DNA of 64,000 nucleotides from Octopus sinensis (Eukaryota): NCBI RefSeq assembly GCF_006345805.1, contig NC_043004.1, forward strand, positions 4,216,001 through 4,280,000. Reading direction: 5' to 3'. How positions within the stretch are numbered: the first letter of the stretch is position 1; every line of letters begins with the position of its first letter. Shown here piece after piece: positions 13,109 to 25,798 of this stretch. Under the pieces are notes generated by a model that ran no database searches, was not told where the DNA came from, and saw only the letters and a list, made by a program, of their open reading frames with translations. Made by a program: the position numbers and the translations under genes.

Positions 13109-15329
13109 TTCTCATATTAAGACCTATTGATCTAAACAGCATATGCTCAGTCAGACAATAACAATACTTTTTACAGCACAGCAGCTCAAGTATTTAATTA
13201 CAATTCAATTAAAAGACATCAAATGACTGATTAGCATTCTTTGCTTCTAAAACAAAGAGCAAAAGATCTCATCATGCCACTAACTGTGGCTGCACCTGTA
13301 ATGAAAACAAAATACAACTTTTACTTAATATTTCAATGGTTGATGTTAGGAAGACTATCAGTCACAAACTATCTGAACAAATTGAACAGGTGCATATGAA
13401 AATTGACAGATGAGTGAACAAGGGTTAACCACTCTAATGGAAAGGGGCTTGCAGAAGACATAGGAAAAAGTGGTGAGGGCCAATCTCAATGTCAGATTTC
13501 ATGGAATTACAAGCATAAAATATTGCTGCATATGTTGACAAAATCTTGCAAATTCTTCACCCTTCTAAATCAATGTTCTTTTTTAATCACAAGCAGTTGT
13601 GTGGTTAAGAATTTTGCTTCCCCAATATATTGTTTCAGGCTCAGCCCCACTGTGTGACACTTTGGGCTAGTGTCATTATAGCTCCCAGCTGATAAAGCCT
13701 TCTAAGTGATAGTTGTAAATGAGTGTCACTTTCATACCAGCAGTATCATTCATTTCCAGAATTCTGCAAGAACATGTCTGACTGTGGGGATGCTTAATTA
13801 CTTAGCTATGAAACAAGTAAGAGCTAGTGACAGGGAGGAAATCCAGAGATAGAAAATCTGCTTCAAGATACATCTGAACCATGGCAACACAGAAAAGTGG
13901 GTATTAAAACAACGAAAATGATGATGATGTAAACATACAGAAAAAGCTGACAAAATGGGAAAGCATAAATCCTTCATCAAATTATGATGGAATCATTGTT
14001 CTGATTATTATACATTACTTAACATCAGAAACATTTTAAGCTAGTATGAAAATTATGAGTCAGACAACCTTAAGTCAGTAGTGATGAAGTTCAAGACATT
14101 TGTGTCAAGTTTCTATGAAACAGAAATTTTACTTAGTAACATAACCATTTTCTAGGAGAGAAAATATAAAATTCATGTTGAAGGATAACTGTAAAAAGGT
14201 TCTTAAATACCTCAAAACTAGTGTCAAACTTTGCTTCAATTAACAATTCCCAAATGTACAAAATACTAAAGATTCTATCACTCAACTTATGAGGACCCTC
14301 CCCAACCTTTTGGTCTAAGCTACATGTTCTATTTGAAATAGATTTTCAAAGAAATCAACTATGTTACATAAAGTATGAAGAATCACGTTATTCCTATAAA
14401 ACAACAAAAATAAATAAATTATATATATAAATTAGAACTCGACCTGCTTGCTTTTAACCAATATTCCTCCCTTAGAAACCATGTTAGAGTCCTATATGCT
14501 TTAAAACAACTGACAGAGCCCCATATGAACTACTAACCTGTAGCAGCAATAGTTTGGCTACAACATGAAAACTAACTCAAAGAATCCACATGTGCAGCCT
14601 AAGATACACACTAACTCGCAAACTTGATTTTAAAACGATACTGACATAGGAGTGGCCGTGTAGTTAAGCTTGCTTCCCAACCATGCAGTCCTGGGTTCAA
14701 TCCCACTGTGCAGCACCTTGGACAAGTGTCTTCTACTATGGACTCAGGTCAACCAAAGCCTTTTCAGTGGATTTAGTAGAGGAAAAAAGCTTGTCATGTG
14801 TTTGTGTACCCTTGCCTCAACATTATGTGACGGTTGTAAATGAGCATTATGGTCATAAAAGTGAGGTGGTTTGTTTTTAATTTTCCATGAAAAACCTGTT
14901 TAGCTATGGGAAAATATTACCTAGCTTAGAAACAAAAGAGGGGTGGTGACAGGAAGGACATCCGATGATAGAAAATCTACCTTGACAAATTTCATCTGAC
15001 CCACGCAAAAATGAAAGAAATGGACAATAATAACAAGTTGATAACTGTGCCCCCAGTACCAAAGGATTAAAAAAAATTATCCAAGATTGCTTTCTTTTAA
15101 ATAATTTAATGAAATATATAAATTTTTGACAAGTAAAAGAAAAAGCTTCGAACAAATATATAACATTGTTAGCATTGGTTCATTCAAAATTGAATTTCAC
15201 TTGTGAATCAGAAATCTACAAATTTTTTTTTATAGAAAAGAAGTGGTCTCTTCTAGGTAGTGATGATGAGCTTTTCTAGTATAGGCACAGGGCCTGGAGT
15301 TTTATTGGGGGTGGGTAGTAAATTGCCCT

Positions 15330-15860
15330 GTCAACAGCTAATTATTTCATCAAAAGGATGAAAGGCAAAGTCAACCTGAGCAGAATTTGAACTCAGAATA
15401 AAGACAGATGAAATACCTATTTCTTTACTACCCACAAGGGGCTAAACACAGAGGGGACAAACGGATTAAGTCGATTACAACGCCCCCAGTGCGTAACTGG
15501 TACTTATTTAATCGACCCCGAAAGGATGAAAGGCAAAGTCGACTTCGGCGGAATTTGAACTCAGAACGTAGCAGCAGACGAAATACCATTAAGCATTTTG
15601 TCCAGTGTGCTAACAATTCTGCCAGCTCATTGCCTTAAATAATAATCCCTTCTACTATAAGCACAAGGCCTGGAATTTGTGGGGAGAGGACTAATCGATT
15701 ACATCAACCCCAATGTTTCATTGGTACTTAATTTATCAACCTCAAAAGGATGAAAGGCAAAGTCAACCGCGATGAAATTTGAACTCGGAACGTAGCAATG
15801 GGCAAAATACTGCTAAGCACTTTGTCCAGCATGCTAACGATTCTGCCAGCTTGCTGCCTT
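15330..15860 (-). mobile_element. Cluster of three family B SINE units
   Basis: The motif ggatgaaaggcaaagtc.ac occurs three times (about 15356, 15523 and 15748). Confidence 0.85.
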
Positions 15861-17634
15861 TCATTGCCTTAATAATCATAATTCACAATCAATTAAATAC
15901 TTGATAATCACCTGTTGTGTTGTTTATAATTTATCAAGTCTATCCTTCTGTGAAGCAGAGTGTCCCAAGTATTTGAATATTACTAATATTGCATTGTGTA
16001 CCTAACAGCCTCTGATACATTTTACTGTTGAACCCATGCTAGTTATAATTTATGAACTGCTGGAATTTGCAAAACCATCCATCACATTAATAATGATCAA
16101 CATGTGAAATGTTAAAACTTTAATGGACAGCAACCAAAAAACAACAAAAATAATATTACCATTTTTTCATGACTATCCAAAAGGTAAAAAAAAAAATGCA
16201 ACAAAGAGCTTTTTTTATAATTGCACTTAAAATGCACAGGCTTTGAATTGAGACAGCAAATAATAAAAAATGAAAGTTATTAAACTGTCAGACTTATGAG
16301 GGTCGTTGTTGAAAAGTGAAAATACATAACAGTATGAGTATGTCAATTCAGTACATGCTACACAAAAGATGGCCCAACAAAGGAGCCTCTATGTGGTCGT
16401 TCGATCTACTAGAAATAACAGCCAAATCCTTCACAAAGAGCATCCAAGTGTTTTATAAACAAAACGCACACTGAATAAGCTACTTTAGATATCCTCTGTC
16501 CAAAATAGTAACATCTGGAATGCTTTTGATCAAAATATCCCATATGAGAGAGTTCAACTGTGACTAAACAGGAAATTGACTTGTTCAACATTATATAACA
16601 CAAATAGCAACAGAACAGCTGCTGGTTGTTTGTTCTTGGATGGCTTCAGCAAACTCTACTTAAGCAGGCTTAGTGTCATGAAAGAAACTGATCAAATATT
16701 ATTATAAAGCATACTGTCCTACGTTTTAGGAATTCAAACATGTAGCCCCTATTTTTTCATGCTAGAAACTAATTTTGTCCTCAATCCAGTACTGAAGCAT
16801 CTCATCCACGAAGATCAGTATCCTAAGATCCAGCCTCACCAATTCTTATGTCTCTCTTCAAATTGGTGAAAAAAAAATGTTCAATGATAGATTTAGCAGA
16901 TCTAAAGGCTGTATGGAATCTTCCCAACCAACACAAAAAGAAAAAAGAAAATTAGTTAACATAATCTACCAAAATTAATGAGACTTCCACTCTAACAATA
17001 CCAATCTTCCTTTGATAACTCTTGTTCTTCCTCTGTAGAAGACCATTACAAATTGAATGCCTTTGACAACAGTTCTGATCAAGAGTGAGCTGGAGCAAAA
17101 CAACTGTAAATACATAGGAGGAATCAAAGTTGTCTTTCCAAGCTTAAATAGTTAAAAAGAAGCTCAACAATCAAATTAACAAATATGATTTGATACCTTT
17201 TCTTGAAAGTTTAACTTTTCATATACATAGAAGCTAAAGATGCCCAGTTTGGGAATATAAATGAAAATTTAAACCTGAGAAGAAAAAAAACAACAAAAAG
17301 GTTTTCTATTGAAAAATGACAGCTGAGATGTTAATTTAAATATCACACATTTAAAAAGAACAATCTGAGATAGGATTAAAAAAAAGTGATAGGACGCAAA
17401 CCATCTATGTATTACTGGCCAGGCAACCACACTGCTGATTACAATAGAGTGCACCTATCATTTGCCATATTCAAATTAACAGAATAACCTAGCCTGAAAA
17501 TGCTAAGAGACTATTAAATTGTCATCTAAAGACAAAATAACAGAAACAAGCACCTGCTCCCCATCCTTCTCTAATATTTAACCTATCATCCTCTAGCATA
17601 AAGCTAACCCCTATCTTGGGGGTTCATAGCCTTG

Positions 17635-17850
17635 CAAGCTGCATGGTGACCTCACTAGTGCCAGTGGCATGAAAAAAAAAGCACCCAGTAAACATTGGAA
17701 AATTGTTGACATTAGGAAGAGCATCCAACAATAGAAACCCTGCCAAAGCATTGTTGCTCCATGATGCAGTCCTTGAACCCATCAGATCCTATAAAATTGC
17801 CCAATCCATGCCAGCATAGAATATGGATGCTAAAAGATGATGATGGTGAA
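17635..17850 (+). mobile_element. Family C element, 3' part
   Basis: aaaagcacccag...cattaggaagagcatcca...ccatgccagcatag...gatgatgat. Confidence 0.7.
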
Positions 17851-18934
17851 TACAAGAGGAAATGACAAATACTCTATAATGAGGACTCTCAGCAAGCAAT
17901 AAATATGTAGTTTGGGTTCTGTTATTTACTCTTCTCCACCTCGGGCTGGCACTTAGAATGTCCAACAGAGATTGTATTATGTAATTATTGAATTCATGTC
18001 GAAGTGAAAGTTCATAAGGAAAGTGATTGGGAAGGTGACTTATGACAAAACGAGAAATCTATTCAAGCCAGCCAGCTAGCCATGTTCTAATAAAAAGAAC
18101 CAGCAGAAATATCTATGTGCTATTGATCAGCAAATAGAAATAAAACAAAGTATCCCATGCAAAGAAATAAAGTCAATAAGCATAATGGAAACAATAAGAC
18201 CAGCATTCAGTTTCATATTGATCTCAACCGTACCATATACAATAAGCCTCGGGATATATTGAAATCAGTTTCAATTATTAGTGTTTCAAATAGCAATCAT
18301 TTGGAACAGGTGAATTATTTATTCAAAAAGACTCAAGCATTCGACTCTTCATATACCTATTCCAGGTATGAACAAACATCATACATCACAGGTATTCAAA
18401 GATAGTTTTGATTATTTATTAGCAAATAAATGTAGGCATTTCATTAAAAAAATACCCAATTACTATAAATGTACAGTTGAATGAAAGAAACTGGTTCAAA
18501 AAGACTAGTGTATTTATAAACATCAGGAAAATTTCTCTTGAGTTAGTTATGAAAATTAGTTTCCTCATCTATCAGTTAATAGGTGCAGGCAAGGCTGTGT
18601 GGTTGAGAAGTATGCTCCGCAACTATGTATCCTTGGGTTCAGTCCCACTGCCTGGTACCTTGGGTAACTGTCTTTTTCTATAGTCCCAGGCCAACCAAAG
18701 CCTCATGAGTGGATCTGGTAAATGGAAACTAAAAGAAACCCATTGTGTGTGTGTGTGCGTGCATGCTGATCTCCAGTTGTAAAGGAAACATATGGAAGGG
18801 GTAGACGGAGGAAGATGTGGGATAAAGTGGTGAGAAAGGATCTACAAATGTTGGGACTGAGACACCTGGCAGACTGTGGTCCTTGAAAAGACACCAAGCT
18901 AAGTAAATGCATGGTTGTCCTTGCATACAGGCTC

Positions 18935-19185
18935 GTCCCCTGCAACCCTCTCCAGCTGAGCATCTCTAATCTCATGAGGTCAATAAGTGCTGGTGCCACA
19001 TAAAAAGCACCCATACCAGTACTGCATAAAAACAGCCAGAACACCCTGTAAAATGGTTAGCATTAGGAAGGGCATCCAACCATAGAAACCATGTCAAAAC
19101 AGACAGGGAGCCTGAACAACCCTTCAGCTCCTGTCAATCTGTCCAACCCATGCCAGTATGGAAAACAGACATTAAATGAAGATGA
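18935..19185 (+). mobile_element. Family C element, 3' part
   Basis: aaaagcaccc...cattaggaagggcatccaacc...gtccaacccatgccagtatggaaaacagacattaaatgaagatgat. Confidence 0.75.
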
Positions 19186-19844
19186 TAATACACACACGTG
19201 TGTGCGCACATTGTGTACGCATCTACCCTTTGTCTTGACATTGCGGAATCATTGTAAATACAGATCATCATCACACAAGCAAGCTTGTTTGTTTCCAGTC
19301 TTCTACAAAAAGCAGGTCTAGCTATGGGAAAATATTTCCTTGCTTGGAAACAGGTAAGGGTTGGCAACAGCAAGGGTATCTAGCCATAGAAAATCTGTTT
19401 CAGCAAATTCTATTTGACGCATGAAAAATTGAAAATTAAAAATGATGATCAGTATTAATTCATATTCTAGAAGTGAACTAATCAATATGACATAAATGCA
19501 ATGATAGAATATATTTGACTATCATGAATCTCAGTAACATTGCTAATTTATCATTCCATAGTGAACCACTAAGAAATCTAAACTATAAATTTACTACATA
19601 ATTTTTCTATATTGTAAATTTACCTTCCACATGACTGAAAACATTACATTTCAGTTTGAAAAATTAAGGTTTCCTGTTTAATTAACAGAATTATCTTCTC
19701 CAGTTTTAGTGGATGAGAACTTCACAGACATTAGCATTGATACTGCATAACAAAGTTGGGCTTTGAAAGTACAGATGTAGTTCATGTACAGTTTCCATTT
19801 ACAAAATTTCAACCACAAAGGCTTGGATAACCTGAGGTTATAAT

Positions 19845-20113
19845 CAGGGCTGTGGAGTCGGAGCCGTGGAGTCGGAGCCGTGGAGTCAGAGTTGGAAACG
19901 ATTAAGGGGTAGTTGGAGTTAGTAAAACTGTACTGACTCCAACTCCTCTTTATTCTTTAACATAAACCACTGAACATAAAGGCCTCCTCAAAGTACAAGC
20001 ATATGCGTTATGAGTTATGTAGACCACAATCAATTACATAAAGAGTTGGAGTCAACGGTACCAATAGTAGAGGAGTCAAAGTCAAAGATTTTCATTTCGA
20101 CTCCACAGCCCTG
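19845..20113. mobile_element. hAT-type MITE (second copy) nested in a family A SINE fragment
   Basis: Same TIRs as the copy at 10345. The flanks gttataat / tttataac match at 6 of 8 positions (decayed TSD), and the subterminal ggagtcggagccgt unit is repeated. Confidence 0.85.
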
Positions 20114-21459
20114 TTTATAACAGAAGATATACTAATAATGTGGAGACTAAACCTAGAGCCTTGTGGTTTTGAACAAACTTAATCATTTATCCATATGTCT
20201 ATTACCACATACAAAGATTTATTTAGAAGTCCCATGCTAGCTAGACTTCTGACATTACAATCTGCTGCAGGATTCATAAATCAAGACCCCAGAACATACT
20301 AATATTTAACAGTCTTGGTAGGATGAAAGGTAGTCAAACTTCACAATATTAAAGCTCAAAGAGCAAAGGAACATAACCAAATACCACATGATGTTCTCCT
20401 AAAGTGTGACTGTATAGTTAAGATTACTTTGTAACCACATAATCCACTGCATGGGATCTTTAATGTCTATTATTATAACCTTGAGTTCAGCAATACCTTG
20501 TGAGTGGAATTTCACATTGACTTCTATTATATATGTGTGCATCAAACACCAATGTTTGTCAGTAAAAGATGTAAAACATTGGTAAAAAAAAAATGGTACT
20601 TTACAATAAAATTATCTAGTGTGATAATTGCTCTACCCAAACTGTGCATACAATTGATATTCTCACTGTCAGAAACAATAGAGGAACAGTGACTAGTCTA
20701 TTGGGAACGTGTAACCAATAGCAGAATTGTGCACAAAATGCAATTTCAAAAAATCTGAAATACTTTTATAGAATAGTGTTTTATCCAAGGGGAAAACAAG
20801 CATTATTGGTATGTAACTAATACTGTTCTGCTCTTTTGGAGCATTAAATGCAATCAAAATAATTCAGTCAATCTCAATACTGCTTACTACAATAATGTCC
20901 CATTTATGTGATAGGCACTTACAACAAATGAAACCTTCATTGACAACCTTTTGTCAATACAACACACAAGAAACATTTACTGAAATAAATACACAGTATG
21001 TTGGAAATAAGAAATCAGCTACAACAAGAGACCTTTTGAAATAATAATCAGTTGTTTACAGAATCTACTAGAATGAATTTGCTAAATAATCTGCTGCATG
21101 ACTTTCAATGCAAAAGACGAGCACACTTCTATGACGAACAGAACCTTACAACAACAGGTGATTCAAGAAGGAGCTCAAATGTCAAAGAAAAGATCTCAAA
21201 AGATTACCTGAGAAACACTTTCAAACAACTTATTTACAAAGGAATGTTTAAATACTAAAATATATCAACAATGACATATGGTTAAACTAGTATTAAATCA
21301 ACTTTCAACCTTTTCTACCAGAATATCTAGTGGTATTTGATTAAGATTCTTTGTTCTTCAAATCCTAACCCTGAGAACATAGTTTCTCCCCTTCATCCTC
21401 CTGAAGTTAATACCAAAACGTATGGCAGTCAACATAATTAACAATACTTACATGGTTAA

Positions 21460-21780
21460 TTAGTTCAATTCACAGCAATGTGATTCCAGGTTCAGTCCCA
21501 CTGTGCAGCATCTTGGGCAAGTACCTTCTATATCCCTAGGTTGACCAATGTCTTGTGAATGAATTGGACCAAAGGAAACTATGTGAAAGCCTACAGTGTG
21601 TGTGTCCCAACACTTGACAAGAGTTGGTTTGTTTACAACCTGTAACTTTGCTATTCAGAAAATGAGCCTGATAGGACAAGTACCAGACTTAGAAAATGAG
21701 TATTGGGGTTGATTTGTTCAACTAAACCCTGCAAGGCAGTGCCCCAGTGTGGCCACAATCCAATGACAAACAAATAAAAG
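21460..21780 (+). mobile_element. Family A SINE (CpG-decayed)
   Basis: ggttcagtcccactgtgcagcatcttgggcaagt ... aaggcagtgccccagtgtggcc. Confidence 0.75.
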
Positions 21781-23460
21781 GAGGAAAAAAAAAAATCACA
21801 TATTTAAAAATTACACAGAATACCCAAAAATTGCCAAATGATTATATCCAAGAATTATTTCACTCAACCAGAGTCTTGCTTTTTAAGAAACAGGAAAATT
21901 GAATTTTCAGCATGTACACCATGTCAAGAGATGGTTAAAGTTTATTTAAAGTAGGTCATGAGTCACAGGTTTTAAACGCTGCTCTACTATGAACATTCCA
22001 ACTGTCAAAGTCCCTGACTTCTTAAATATTCTTTTTTGTCATCTCTTAGCCACAACAAAGAATTCTCATAAGGTGCATCATATATCATTGTCAAAATATA
22101 ATGTAGTATGGTTATCATTTCATATAACCTTAGTCTACTTTCCTTACCCTAGATCTGTAAACAATAATTTTACTTGTCAGCTACTACTGTCATATCAATT
22201 TTTCAAGCCCAAGCAAAAGTGCAATTAGCTTCAATATTGTCACTTGATCTACTAGAAATAGCAGCAAAATTTACAGTCATAGATAGCTATCACTAAAATG
22301 AAAGATGGTTACAACAGGAATGTCTTTCACTATAGATCTTCTCAAAGTTGATAAACATCAATTATGATACTAAAGGTATAAAATAATTTTTTTTTAAATG
22401 GTCATTACTTAGTCATTTCAATCCTTCACACTGTTTTATTCAAGTTTCATCAAAGCAAAAGATACATTAACAATTGAAATTACAAGTATTATAGTCTTCC
22501 AGCTCTTGTTAAAAGGGGAACATTCATGAAGTTTAAGCTCTATCCTAGTCTTTTCCTATCAAGAAAGCAAAGATATTATCACCAGCATCAATGATAATTC
22601 TTTCATGCAATTTCTCACTAGAAAATAACAGTTTTGATTTTGAAGAAGTCACATGAGTTAATCAAAGATATGACATACAAGTTGTTAGATGCAGACAAGT
22701 GCAACACACAAATCTATTGTATTATATAAACAAATACCATGCCTTCACCAAGCTAAAGACTGGACCATACTGCACACTCCAACAGTGATGAATCATATAT
22801 AGGATTCAATGTGACTGTCTGCACATACACTCTCCTCACTGTCCAATCTATTTTTGTAAGTGTAGTTCCAAGTAGACTTAGTCAGAGAACAATAGTTACT
22901 ATTCCTCTGGTGATGTGCATCCTAACACTTTGTCTGGCATTGAGGATGCAGCAGCTATTTGTACATTTTTGTTTTCAATCACTATCAATGACTCACTTCT
23001 GACACCTTTTCACACACCCTTATATTCACTATTTAAATTATGTGATCTACAGTCAAACAGAGATTAGCACTAAAAACAAATTTTTATATCTATAAAATTT
23101 AAGTGAAATGGAAAATTGAGTAAAATGCTCAAATATGAAGCCATCATCATTTAGCTTCCACTTTTCCATATTTGCATGGGTTGGATGGTATTTGCTGAGA
23201 CAGATTTTCCACAGCTTGATGTCTTATCTGTCACCAACTCCCACATGTTTCCAAGTAAGGTACTATTTCCCATGACTAGTCATGTTTCCAAAGTTTCCAT
23301 CTACAAAATCTGTTCACAAGCCTTTGGTTGGCCCAGGACTATAGAAAACACTTACCCAAGGTGCCACACAGTGGGACTGATCCCAAGACCAAACTTAGGA
23401 AGCAAACTTCTTACCACAAAGCCACAATGGCTATAAAGAGGATGTTGAAATTATACAATA

Positions 23461-23834
23461 CTAGCAGTATCGCCCGGCGTTGCTCAGGTTTGTAAGGGAA
23501 ATAACTATAAAGCATTTTTAGAGAGTTATAGACAAAAAATGGAAAAAAATGGTAAATTTTTTTGAGAGTAAAAAAAGGTGGAGTTGCGTCCCCTAGACAA
23601 TTTGCGGTTTGTGTTTCTGATTCTCGACCCCATGTTGAATTTATCGATTTTTTTCAGAACTGGGGGAACTTTTCAAAATTTTCGCTGCGTTAGTTTTGAA
23701 TTATGACATTGGGCTATGTGTGTGTCAAGTTTCATCAGAATCGGTTGAAAGCCGTGGTCAGGGTGAGGGTACAAGCAAACAGACACACAGAAACACGCAC
23801 AGACAAACTGCCGTTTATATAGAGAGAGAAGAGA
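23461..23834 (-). mobile_element. Non-autonomous Helitron
   Basis: On the minus strand it starts A|TC and ends with a GC-rich hairpin (cctgagcaacgccggg) 8 nt before CTAG|T. It is inserted in an AT dinucleotide with no TSD. Confidence 0.75.
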
Positions 23835-25009
23835 TTTATTTATGGTTTACTAAAATACTTCTTTCAATCTTTTTGACAGCTTGCACTTTTTAATTCAACT
23901 TTTTTCAAGGTAGCCTTTAAATTATATGGTTCAAGGTGCCATGCTGAGATTGCCAATCCTTGAAATTGATTAATCAGTTCCAATAAATATTTCCAAGAAC
24001 CTTATAACTGATAGAAGAATATCAGTTTCTTAAGATCACCTGCATATTTGCATTTCAACATTTACTTCAATAATACAAACATGGACCAAGGAGGTTTCTA
24101 GGAAATATTTTAACATATTAAAAATAGCAGGAATATGTACCTCAAATCCTTATCTATCTCAAAGGATACATTGAATGATGTAGTCCTTGGTATAAAAAAA
24201 ATTTTTTTAAATACAAGAAAATCAAGGACCTAGAATGTCTTAGATCATAGGTGTGCTAGCTCAGGACTGACCTTTGAATAAATATAAAACGTATTTACAA
24301 AACTGCCCTGTTAGACTTTTATAAAAGGTGGGTATTATGGTTTTTTTTCTTTTTTTAAAAAAAAAATATCAAATTTGCAACCATCCAAATTCAAAATAAT
24401 TAGCCTAAACAATTTCAAGTTTCAAGAATAGGTACAGTAAAAATACTGGCTCATAGAATTAATGTATTTTAAAAAAATTTTATGCATTTGTTTAGGTTGG
24501 CTAAGTCTGTAAATCCAGACATTACGTTGAAATGTTAGAACTTAGGTTTTATGACTACAATACAATACTGATATCATTTAATCAAGAGTCATACATATGT
24601 TCAGCTATGGAAATTAAACAAGTCAAGTGCTTTGATAAAGTGCACATCATATCAGGAACAGAGAATTTGAACCAGTGACCTTGAATAGTTACAAAATATT
24701 GAGTTATCCCATAAATAATGCAGTTTTTTCAATTGTATGAACTAAAAGTCAGAGGGAGACGAGAGAAACTACCTGCATCAACTTACTATAAAAGCAGGTA
24801 GCAATTTTACCTTATTTTTATTCTTAGTTCAAGCTTGGAAGAGTGCAATTCAATTTTAACAGTTATTTTTTCAAAGTTATAATGCAAGTGACAAAGGAGC
24901 ATATTCAGCATATTTTGCTTTATAAGTTCAATAAAGGCAACAACGCAACAGAAAGTGCGAGGAATATTATTACAGTATATGGGGATCAGACAATAAGTGT
25001 AAGCCAGTG

Positions 25010-25798
25010 TCAACGGTGATTCCAGAAAATCTGAGCCGGAAACTACAGCCTAGAAGACAAACCTGCAGAACCTGGTGGAACAAAATCCCATCATAACTGT
25101 TGAGGAACAAACATAAAAGCTTGGATTTGGTCATTCAACCATTCATCAACACCTGCATGCCATCAGAAAAGTCAGCAAATTGGGTCAATGGGTTTCTCAC
25201 AAACTTTCCAAGTCTAATCACACGCAGAGAGTGAATGTGTGCTCTTCTTTGCTGTCACATCTCACAAATGAACCTTTTTTGGACCAAAAAGTGACTGGTG
25301 ACAAGAAATGGGTTCTTTATAAAAATGTCAAGCACCAAAGACAGTGGGTAGGGAAAGGAGAAACACCAGCACCCCAGGCTAAAGAAGGTCTTCACTCACA
25401 TAAGGTGTTGTCTGTTTGGTGGGATATGGAAGATTTAGTCCACATACAGCAAGGATGACATTCCAAAGGCTGGAGCAGTTTGATTGGGAAACAATGTCCC
25501 ACTCACTATATTTGCCAGACATTGCCCCATCTGATTATCGTTTATCCTGCAGTCTTCAAAATCATTTCAATGAAGAAAATATGAATTCTCTATAAGAGGT
25601 CAGAACAGTACTGAAGGAGTATTTTTCATCACAGACAAATGAACTTTGGAAGAGGGGCTTTCCAAGTCTACCAGATAGATGGAAGAGCATTGCAGAAAAT
25701 GAAAGAGCATATTTTAGATTAAAAAATAACTTTATCCTAATTTTGAAAAATAAAAGGAGTTATAAAAAAACTGCATTATTTGTGTAACGACTCAATAT
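25010..25798 (+). mobile_element. Decayed mariner transposase remnant with right TIR
   Basis: Encodes SKLGQWVSHKLS...FLDQKVTGDKKWVLY...KVLSVWWDMED and, frameshifted, LDWETMSHSLYLPDIAPSDY (the VTGDEKW and YSPDLAPSDY motifs). It ends in a TIR-like cattatttgtgtaacgactcaata. Confidence 0.9.

Noticed and set aside
13200-14560. Strong minus-strand acceptors at about 13285 and 14393 and a donor at about 14538
   Set aside because: All frames close quickly or give unrecognisable peptides, and no consistent exon chain could be built.
16990-17100. Exon-like signals on both strands
   Set aside because: The candidates conflict with each other and none gives a NudE-like or otherwise recognisable peptide.
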